Positions 1 to 5,996 of a stretch of 11,976 nucleotides of DNA are shown here, piece by piece (position 1 is the first letter of the stretch; every line of letters starts with the position of its first letter). The DNA lies in contig CAYVLA010000005.1 in assembly GCA_964452145.1 (NCBI GenBank), forward strand, positions 85,469 through 97,444. Direction: 5' to 3'. Both the position numbers and the translations under genes were made by a program. The notes beneath the pieces were generated by a model. That model made no database searches. It had not been told where the DNA came from and worked only from the letters and a program-made list of their open reading frames with translations. This stretch comes from Candidatus Hadarchaeota archaeon. GTDB taxonomy: Archaea; CAYQAE01; CAYVLA01.

Positions 1-1
1 C

Positions 2-133
2 TGCATTACACTTGACAGGGACACCTACGACAAGCTTGTTGTGATGGCCCGGCAAAAGGGTCTAAGCCTATCGGCCGTTGTACGAAGCCAGCTGGTTCAA
101 TGGCTTCGGGACTGGAACCCGCCGCAAAGATAG
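2..133 (+). CDS. Ribbon-helix-helix (CopG/MetJ/Arc-like) protein, 5'-truncated by the window edge
   Basis: Not in the ORF track. Frame 2 reads CITLDRDTYDKLVVMARQKGLSLSAVVRSQLVQWLRDWNPPQR with TAG at 131-133. It shows the RHH pattern: beta strand (ITL), helix 1 (DTYDKLVVMA), a G-x-S turn (KGLSLS) and helix 2 (AVVRSQL). Confidence 0.75.
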   Translation, partial: CITLDRDTYDKLVVMARQKGLSLSAVVRSQLVQWLRDWNPPQR

Positions 134-177
134 ACTCTTCTGGATAGACCCCTGAGCGGGGGCGACCCACCCACCCT

Positions 178-193
178 CGGAAAGAGATATATG
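178..193 (+). promoter_or_regulatory. Putative BRE + TATA-like promoter of the TIM-barrel gene
   Basis: CGGAAAGAGATATATG: purine-rich BRE-like run followed by an AT box, about 36 nt before ATG 229. It is 13/16 identical to the element at 1158-1173. Confidence 0.5.
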
Positions 194-228
194 ACGAAGA
201 TCGGGGCCACAGCTGCGAGGATTCGGGA

Positions 229-1113
229 ATGGCTCGCTTCCCTTTCAAACTCGGAGTCATCAGCGACGAGATATCCCAGGACTTCGACGTCGTCGCCAGG
301 ACAGCCAAGGACTACAGGCTCGACGCCGTGGAGATTCGATCCATCTGGGACGTCAAGGTCCAGGACCTCAAGGAAGACCACATAAGGAGGCTGAAGAGTG
401 AGCTTGACCGGGCGGGGCTCCGGGTCATAAGCCTGGCGTCGCCGTTTCTCAAGTGCCAGATCGACGATGATAAGGAGTATCGAGATCACATCTCAATCTT
501 CGAGAGGTGCATAGAGATCGCTAGATTGCTTGACACCAATCTGGTGAGGGGTTTTACCTTCTGGCGGAGGGATGGGCTTTCTGGCCTGCCGAGGTACTGG
601 GACTCCATCGTCGAGAAGTTCGCCGAACCCACCGAGATTGCCGAGAGGGAGGACGTAGTTCTGGAGATTGAGAACGAACAGAGCTGCTTTGTGGGGACCG
701 GCGTCGATCTTGCGAGGTTTCTCTCCGAGATAGACTCCACGAACGTGAAGGCCATATGGGACCCCGGCAATGCATACTACGACGACGCGCGCGAGGTCGC
801 CTATCCGGTTGGCTACGAAGCCGTCAAGGATTGGATCGTCCATGTTCACATCAAGGATGTGGTGATCAACAAGGAGACGGGGAAGCCAGAGTGCGTTCCC
901 ATCGGGACCGGTGAAGTCGACCTTGCCGGACAGCTGAGGGCACTCAAGGCCGATGGCTACAAGGGCTGCGTCTCGCTTGAGACCCATTGGCGTCCCAAGG
1001 CTCTGGACGATGAGCTTCTGGCGAGGCCGGGAGGCAGGGAGTTCTCATCCAAGGGCGAGTATGCTTCACGGGTCTGCCTAGAGAACCTCTGGAACATGCT
1101 GGACGCCCTTTGA
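229..1113 (+). CDS. Sugar phosphate isomerase/epimerase family protein (xylose isomerase-like TIM barrel, AP_endonuc_2)
   Basis: 294 aa. N-terminal GVISDEIS and AVEIR segments, plus metal-ligand motifs IENE, WDPGN, HVHIKD, GTGEVD and SLETH. Confidence 0.9.
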   Translation: MARFPFKLGVISDEISQDFDVVARTAKDYRLDAVEIRSIWDVKVQDLKEDHIRRLKSELDRAGLRVISLASPFLKCQIDDDKEYRDHISIFERCIEIARLLDTNLVRGFTFWRRDGLSGLPRYWDSIVEKFAEPTEIAEREDVVLEIENEQSCFVGTGVDLARFLSEIDSTNVKAIWDPGNAYYDDAREVAYPVGYEAVKDWIVHVHIKDVVINKETGKPECVPIGTGEVDLAGQLRALKADGYKGCVSLETHWRPKALDDELLARPGGREFSSKGEYASRVCLENLWNMLDAL

Positions 1114-1157
1114 GGGATCTCGGGACGGGGAATCCCCAACGATTGGCACCGTGGGAG

Positions 1158-1173
1158 CGGAAAGCGATAAAAG
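1158..1173 (+). promoter_or_regulatory. Putative BRE + TATA-like promoter of the first HAD gene
   Basis: CGGAAAGCGATAAAAG ends about 23 nt before ATG 1196, a spacing consistent with a leaderless or short-leader mRNA. Confidence 0.5.
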
Positions 1174-1195
1174 AGGGAAGGAGACCATTAATCCC

Positions 1196-1861
1196 ATGAT
1201 TCGGGGAGTCCTGTTTGACATGGGGGGGACCCTTGTACATGGATCAGACCCGGCCGAGGTGATCCAGTCCCTCCTCGACGAGAGGGGAATCGCGAAGCGG
1301 CCGGATGAGATAGCAAGGGCAATCTCCTCCGCCGACAGCTCGTTTCCAGTCGAGTACTATGTCGGGCCGGGATTCTGGAGGGAGTGGAACAGACGGGTTC
1401 TGACATACGCCGGGATTCTATCAGGGTTGGAGGACCTCGCCATCTTTGTTGATGCGAACTGGTTCCGAAAGGCCGAGATCCGAGCGTATCCGGAGGCAGA
1501 GGGCATCCTTGCTGAGCTCGATGCAACGGATCTCAAGCTCGGCGCCCTCACCAATGGCCTGTCAGCGGACATTCCCTATCTCCTGGACCGGCCGGGCCTC
1601 GGCAAATACCTGGACGTGAAGGTTTCGGCCGACATGGCGGGAAGACGCAAACCCAATCCACGGATCTTCCTCCATGCCGCCTCGAAGCTGGGCCTGCCGC
1701 CCTCCGACATCCTGTACGTAGGCGACGATCAGAATCTGGACTACCATCCCTCCGAATCGGTCGGAATGAAGCCGGTTCTGGTGAACCGAGGCAAGAACAG
1801 GGTTCTGGTCAAGAACGTCGTCGAGGACCTCAGGGGCACACTGTCCTATCTACGACGTTGA
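1196..1861 (+). CDS. HAD-superfamily hydrolase, subfamily IA (REG-2/HDHD3-like, DxGGT)
   Basis: Motif I FDMGGTL, motif II LTN, motif III KP, motif IV YVGDDQNLD. ATG 1196 (MIRGVLFD) is preferred over the ORF-track GTG 1151 because it sits just before motif I and downstream of the promoter-like box. Confidence 0.9.
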   Translation: MIRGVLFDMGGTLVHGSDPAEVIQSLLDERGIAKRPDEIARAISSADSSFPVEYYVGPGFWREWNRRVLTYAGILSGLEDLAIFVDANWFRKAEIRAYPEAEGILAELDATDLKLGALTNGLSADIPYLLDRPGLGKYLDVKVSADMAGRRKPNPRIFLHAASKLGLPPSDILYVGDDQNLDYHPSESVGMKPVLVNRGKNRVLVKNVVEDLRGTLSYLRR

Positions 1862-2950
1862 GCCCTCCACCACTATGCTTCCGCTCACCGTCGACATGTC
1901 GAGATCGATCCTTGTCGACTTTGAGTCATAGTCGATCGTCCTCGCCTCCTTTCTCGTGTTCCTATCGATCGAGTACTGGAGGCCCTCAAGGGAGTACCTC
2001 ACCGAGCCGCTGGTCGTCCTGCCCTTCAACGCGTATCCCACCATATCCCCCGACGGCACGGTGACCTGTATGGTGCCGCTTGTGGACTTCAAGGCATATG
2101 ACCCCGAGGCCTCCTCCAGCTGCACCGTCACGCTTCCGCTTACGGTGGAAAGACGTCCCTCCCGGAGAGATGTGGCGGCGTTGATGGATCCGGAAACGAC
2201 CGATACGTTCATCGCATCCCCGGTGACGCCGTCGAGAAGGACGCTACCGCTTATGATGCGCAGGTCGCCTTCCGCCACCTTCACGCTTCTTAGCTCATAC
2301 TTCCCCGTGGCGGAATCGAGTCTGAGGTCCCACCTGATGCTGGCCGGGACGTAGATCGTGGCATTGACCTTGTATGCCCGCCTCCCCGGCGCCGCCTTGG
2401 GGCTGTCGACGCGGAGCGTGAAGGCAGGCATTCCCTTCTTGTTATCCCGCGATAACTCGATCATGGTCTGGTTGAGACGCTCATCGGCCCTTGCCCGTGT
2501 CTCGGCATAGGCCTCGATGGTCCCGTTAACCGATATCTCGGAATTGCCCCACACGACAAGCCACAGGTCGATCGCCTCCAGATCGAACGCAAGCTGGGCC
2601 TCGCTTCCGGTCAGAGCCTCGCTGTAGGCAAAGGCTCTGGATGCTCGTTCGCCCGCCTTTCCCTCCCACTGCCAACTCCAGAAGGGCAATCCCCCGAGGG
2701 ATGCAAAGATCGAGCCCACGATGATGGCGGCCCCGATGCCGCCGGCTGCGTGGTGGAGAACCTCCATCAGCGTATCGCTTACCTGCCCGCCAGTTCCCTG
2801 CGAAGCGAGAAAGACGCCGACACAGACCATGCCCAGGCCCAGGACGGCGTATGCCCTAACCAGCCCCTCGATCTCCCCCCAATTCACGTTGAGGAGGAGA
2901 AGGAAGAAGAGGCCGATGCCTATGATAGCGGCACCCGTCTTCGGATTCAT
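1850..2950 (-). CDS. Membrane-anchored DUF4097 family (beta-strand repeat, LiaG-like) protein
   Basis: 366 aa. Three N-terminal hydrophobic segments, then repeated turns IISGSV, VVSGSI, TVSGSV, STSGTI, TTSGSV and TVSGSI, typical of DUF4097. SD AGGAGG upstream. The 3' end overlaps the convergent HAD gene by 12 bp. Confidence 0.8.
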   Translation of the reverse strand: MNPKTGAAIIGIGLFFLLLLNVNWGEIEGLVRAYAVLGLGMVCVGVFLASQGTGGQVSDTLMEVLHHAAGGIGAAIIVGSIFASLGGLPFWSWQWEGKAGERASRAFAYSEALTGSEAQLAFDLEAIDLWLVVWGNSEISVNGTIEAYAETRARADERLNQTMIELSRDNKKGMPAFTLRVDSPKAAPGRRAYKVNATIYVPASIRWDLRLDSATGKYELRSVKVAEGDLRIISGSVLLDGVTGDAMNVSVVSGSINAATSLREGRLSTVSGSVTVQLEEASGSYALKSTSGTIQVTVPSGDMVGYALKGRTTSGSVRYSLEGLQYSIDRNTRKEARTIDYDSKSTRIDLDMSTVSGSIVVEGSTS

Positions 2951-3150
2951 GTTGTGGCCTCCTTCCTGTCATGCTGGAAGGTGAGCAACGATGTGAAGAT
3001 GACGGCGATTCCGAACATGATGAGGAAGACGGCAGCTAGCCTGACGTGGCCTTTGATGGTTCCCTGCTCCCAGAGGATCCATGCCACGGATAGGGTGATG
3101 AAGAAGAGCCCTCTGTGGAGGTAATTCATATTTCTGGGTTCATGTCCCAT
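2947..3150 (-). CDS. Small two-transmembrane-helix hypothetical protein (67 aa)
   Basis: Two hydrophobic stretches (GLFFITLSVAWILW and LAAVFLIMFGIAVIFTSLL). SD-like GAGGAGTGA lies 5 nt before ATG 3150. Its TGA overlaps the DUF4097 start as ATGA (2950-2947). Confidence 0.75.
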   Translation of the reverse strand: MGHEPRNMNYLHRGLFFITLSVAWILWEQGTIKGHVRLAAVFLIMFGIAVIFTSLLTFQHDRKEATT

Positions 3151-3172
3151 GGTTGTCACTCCTCATCAACGC

Positions 3173-3192
3173 AGGGTTCGCACCCTTAAAAT
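3173..3192 (-). promoter_or_regulatory. Putative TATA box with an adjacent palindrome for the 2-TM/DUF4097 operon
   Basis: Minus-strand TTTTAA at 3191-3186, abutting the inverted repeat AGGGT-N4-ACCCT (3173-3186), about 36 nt before ATG 3150. Confidence 0.45.
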
Positions 3193-3238
3193 CCTTACTG
3201 ATTAGTGAAGTGCGGAGTTGGTGCCAATCTGTTTCCTT

Positions 3239-3325
3239 GCCTTGTGCGCCGGCCTTAGGACCTAAGTAGTGGTCTGCGGAATCGGTGGAGTCCTCTGTCT
3301 CTCCTAAGGCTGTGTGTGCCAAGGC
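3239..3325 (+). other. Long imperfect stem-loop (candidate structured RNA)
   Basis: GCCTTAGGA (3252-3260) pairs with TCCTAAGGC (3302-3310), and GCCTTG (3239-3244) with CAAGGC (3320-3325). These are joined by 7 further pairs, 4 of them G-U, with two single-nt bulges. Confidence 0.5.
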
Positions 3326-3392
3326 CGTGAGCATACACCGTCGAGTCGTTCTCCCAGGCCTTCCAGACACCCCGGCATGGGGCCTGCCAACA

Positions 3393-4073
3393 TCAGCGAC
3401 ATCCGACCATAGGGATGAGATCGCGGAGATCCTCGATCACTGGGCAGGCCCACATCTCCTCTCCGGATCGGTCCAGAAGGATTGCCTGAAGCCCCGCCTT
3501 GCTGGCGCCAACGTAGTCTGCTCCATATGAGTCGCCCACATGCACGCATCCATCCCCCGAGGCATTGGCCTCACTGACGGCCAGACGGAAGATGCCTGGA
3601 TCGGGTTTGTGCGACCTCACCAGATCCGATGCCAGGATGAACTCGAAGTAATGAGAGATGCCCAGACGGGCGCAGGTCTCCTCGAGGTTGCAGTTGTAGT
3701 TGGACACCACGCCAAGCACGACGCCGGTCTCTGTCAGTTGTCGAAGGACGTCCCGTACCTCGGGAAAGAGGAGTATCTTGCTCTCCTCGGTGAACCGAGA
3801 GTGTATCTCGATCGAAAGGGGGCCGGCACGGTCCACCCCGAGACTTGTCAGGATGAGTCTGAACCACTCGAGATAGAAGAACTCCATCCTCTCTCTTGTT
3901 TCAAACTGCTCGCTCCTGTGAGTCTGATCGGCCAAAGCCCGCCCGCGGTTCACCTGGTCCAGGGTGAGGATCAGGTTGTTCTCGCGACAGACAGCAAGGA
4001 AGATGTCCCATTCGTCAGGTTCCCTGTAGGCTAGGGTTCCGCCGAAATCCAGGAAGACGGCATCATAAATCAT
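3393..4073 (-). CDS. HAD-superfamily hydrolase, subfamily IA (REG-2/HDHD3-like, DxGGT)
   Basis: 226 aa. Motif I FLDFGGTL, motif II VSN, motif III KPDP, motif IV HVGDSYGAD. Confidence 0.9.
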   Translation of the reverse strand: MIYDAVFLDFGGTLAYREPDEWDIFLAVCRENNLILTLDQVNRGRALADQTHRSEQFETRERMEFFYLEWFRLILTSLGVDRAGPLSIEIHSRFTEESKILLFPEVRDVLRQLTETGVVLGVVSNYNCNLEETCARLGISHYFEFILASDLVRSHKPDPGIFRLAVSEANASGDGCVHVGDSYGADYVGASKAGLQAILLDRSGEEMWACPVIEDLRDLIPMVGCR

Positions 4074-4099
4074 GGGCTCGACGCAGACAGTGCCCCTGG

Positions 4100-4114
4100 C
4101 TTAAATGTGTCCGG
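4100..4114 (-). promoter_or_regulatory. Putative BRE + TATA promoter of the second HAD gene (leaderless)
   Basis: Minus strand reads CCGGACACATTTAAG. TTTAAG ends about 27 nt before ATG 4073, and there is no SD. Confidence 0.55.
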
Positions 4115-4151
4115 GTAGATCTGTAGGGTGGAGTCAATCCATCTCTGATTT

Positions 4152-4166
4152 TGAAAGATTATTGAG
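4152..4166 (+). promoter_or_regulatory. Putative BRE + TATA promoter of larE (divergent from the second HAD gene)
   Basis: TGAAAGATTATTGAG, with the AT box about 28 nt before ATG 4192. Confidence 0.45.
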
Positions 4167-4191
4167 TTTGGAGACCCCGTCTGACCTGCCC

Positions 4192-5058
4192 ATGTTCGAC
4201 GATGAGCCTGTAAGATTAGACCCAGCCCATGCCAGGCTGGTGTCCTTGTGCAAGTGGCTGGAAGCCAGGAGGCCACTGATCGCGTTCTCGGGCGGGTTGG
4301 ACAGCTCCTTTCTCGCGTTCGTTGCAGCCGGATCCTGCCCCGTGCACCTTGCCGTCACGGCCGACCACCCCCTTTGCCCAAGCTGGGAGCGGGATCAAGC
4401 TCGGAGCCTGGCCCAGGAAATGGGGTTGAATCATGTAACGATCACCATGGAGACGCTCAAGGAAAGGACGGTATGCTCCAATCCGCCGGACAGGTGTTAC
4501 CACTGCAAGAAGATGATCATGTCCGAGCTTGTGAGGATGGCCAGTGAACGGGGCCTCCACCCCGTCCTCGATGGAACCACCCTTGACGACCAAAGGTCCT
4601 ATCGACCGGGAGCAAGGGCACTCGTGGAGCTCGGTGTGATCAGTCCGTTGGCCGACCACCGGATCTCAAAGGAGGACATCAGGCGCCTTTCAAGAAAGCT
4701 GGGTCTATCCATCTGGAACAAGCAGCCAAGCCCATGTCTAGCCACCCGAATTCCCTACGGCCAGCCACTGCGGCCAGAGAGGCTGCTGATGGTGGACCGG
4801 GCGGAGGCCTTTGTGAGGAAGCTGGGTTACGGAACCGTGCGGGTCAGGGATCTGGGAGACTCTGCTCGACTGGAGTTGGGCGAAGAGGACCTTGTTCGCC
4901 TGAACATGGATCAGTTTCGGTCTTGCATCGTCCCCTACATAACAAGCCTTGGCTACAGCAACGTCGATATGCAACCTTACAGGAGCGGTCCATGGGATCC
5001 CGGCTCGACGAGCCCGGCCGGGTCCCAGGCAGAAGGCAGACGAAAAAACTTATATTGA
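4192..5058 (+). CDS. larE: ATP-dependent sulfur transferase LarE family (PP-loop, TIGR00268-like)
   Basis: PP-loop AFSGGLDS, NPPDRCYHCK, DGTTLDD..YRPG, SPLA, PSPCLATRIPYG and VRVRD...ARLE. ATG 4192 is preferred over 4105 because 4105 lies inside the promoter region. Confidence 0.88.
   Translation: MFDDEPVRLDPAHARLVSLCKWLEARRPLIAFSGGLDSSFLAFVAAGSCPVHLAVTADHPLCPSWERDQARSLAQEMGLNHVTITMETLKERTVCSNPPDRCYHCKKMIMSELVRMASERGLHPVLDGTTLDDQRSYRPGARALVELGVISPLADHRISKEDIRRLSRKLGLSIWNKQPSPCLATRIPYGQPLRPERLLMVDRAEAFVRKLGYGTVRVRDLGDSARLELGEEDLVRLNMDQFRSCIVPYITSLGYSNVDMQPYRSGPWDPGSTSPAGSQAEGRRKNLY
5041..5057 (+). promoter_or_regulatory. Putative BRE + TATA promoter of the ABC ATPase gene, embedded in the last codons of larE
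   Basis: CGAAAAAACTTATATTG. TTATAT (5050-5055) ends about 24 nt before ATG 5079, giving leaderless spacing with no SD. Confidence 0.65.
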
Positions 5059-5078
5059 GTACCAAGGCACCGCGGCCC

Positions 5079-5789
5079 ATGAACGAGGAGAACGATATCC
5101 TCGTCGAGACATCCGGCCTCTCCAAGGCCTACGTGATGGGAGAGAAAGGCCAGATCGTCATAAATGCCCTGAAGGACGTGTCACTAAAGGTCAAGCGGGG
5201 CGAGTTCACAAGCGTCATGGGGCCCTCCGGGAGCGGTAAGACTACGCTACTCAACATCATGAGCGGTTTGGATCGTCCGACGGCAGGCAGGGTCTGGCTG
5301 GCGGGGGAGGAGACCACGAACCTCAGCCAGGCGGACAAGTCTAGGATAAGGCAGAAGCACTGCGGGTTCATCTTCCAGGTCTACAATCTGATCCCCGTCA
5401 TGAGCGCTATAGAAAACGTTGAGCTCCCCCTCGTCTTCCAGAAGATACCCGAGGAGGAGCGTAAGAGACGGGCGCAGGAAGTTCTGAATAGGGTGGGTCT
5501 AGAAAGGAGGGTTGACCACAGGCCCACGGAACTCAGCGGCGGCGAGCAGCAGAGGGTCGCCATAGCTCGTGCCTTGGTGGTTTCGCCGGGGATAATCTTC
5601 GCCGACGAGGTCACCGGCAACCTCGACACTAAGACAGGCCTTGAGATCATAGACCTCCTGTACTCTCTGAACCAGGAACAGAATGTCACCGTGATCTTCG
5701 CCACGCACGACCCCAAAGTCCAAGACAAGTCGACTAGGACCATCTACCTCAGAGATGGAACCGTCGTCGCCGACGAGGAAAGGAAGTAA
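5079..5789 (+). CDS. ABC transporter ATP-binding protein, LolD/MacB/MJ0796-like family
   Basis: Walker A GPSGSGKT, Q-loop GFIFQVYNLIP, signature LSGGEQQRVAIARAL, Walker B/D-loop IIFADEVTGNLD, H-loop ATHD. The likely start is ATG 5079 (MNEEND); the longer ORF from 4734 overlaps larE. Confidence 0.93.
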   Translation: MNEENDILVETSGLSKAYVMGEKGQIVINALKDVSLKVKRGEFTSVMGPSGSGKTTLLNIMSGLDRPTAGRVWLAGEETTNLSQADKSRIRQKHCGFIFQVYNLIPVMSAIENVELPLVFQKIPEEERKRRAQEVLNRVGLERRVDHRPTELSGGEQQRVAIARALVVSPGIIFADEVTGNLDTKTGLEIIDLLYSLNQEQNVTVIFATHDPKVQDKSTRTIYLRDGTVVADEERK

Positions 5790-5856
5790 GGTTAGTTCCG
5801 GCGCCATCAAGTTATCTACCCTGCAACGAAGATTTCTGTGCAGGTTTACATTAATC

Positions 5857-5872
5857 CTCAAATTTATATAAG
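5857..5872 (+). promoter_or_regulatory. Putative TATA promoter of the arvABC operon
   Basis: Canonical TTTATATA at 5863-5870 in an AT-rich patch. It implies a leader of about 100 nt before TTG 5997. Confidence 0.65.
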
Positions 5873-5983
5873 GAAGGACCGAGCGGGCTAGGGAGGCCGT
5901 CCGCGGTTGCCCCCGCCCGAGATCCCATCGATAGCCCGTGATTCGATCGTGCGGATTCGGGGCTCCTCCTGCGGCCGAATGCA

Positions 5984-5990
5984 AGGAGGT
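5984..5990 (+). promoter_or_regulatory. Shine-Dalgarno sequence of arvA
   Basis: AGGAGGT, 6 nt before TTG 5997. Confidence 0.7.
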
Positions 5991-5996
5991 TGACCC

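Noticed and set aside
1141..3229. Identical 10-mer GATTGGCACC at 1141-1150 (+) and 3229-3220 (-), both intergenic
   Set aside because: About one such match is expected by chance in roughly 1 kb of intergenic DNA over both strands, and the distances to the AT boxes differ.
3140..3549. Short ORFs 3140-3370 (-), 3285-3530 (+) and 3304-3549 (-)
   Set aside because: No motifs or SD. They overlap promoter elements or the HAD gene, and the region is better explained as structured non-coding sequence.
4734..5078. 115-aa N-terminal extension on the ABC ATPase in the ORF track
   Set aside because: It overlaps larE in another frame and has no protein-like pattern. A promoter sits at leaderless distance from ATG 5079.
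5790..5996. Replication origin next to oapABC, as in haloarchaea
   Set aside because: No ORB repeats (GTTCCAGTGGAAAC plus a G-string) and no cdc6/orc1 gene. The AT-rich patch is short and is explained by a TATA promoter.
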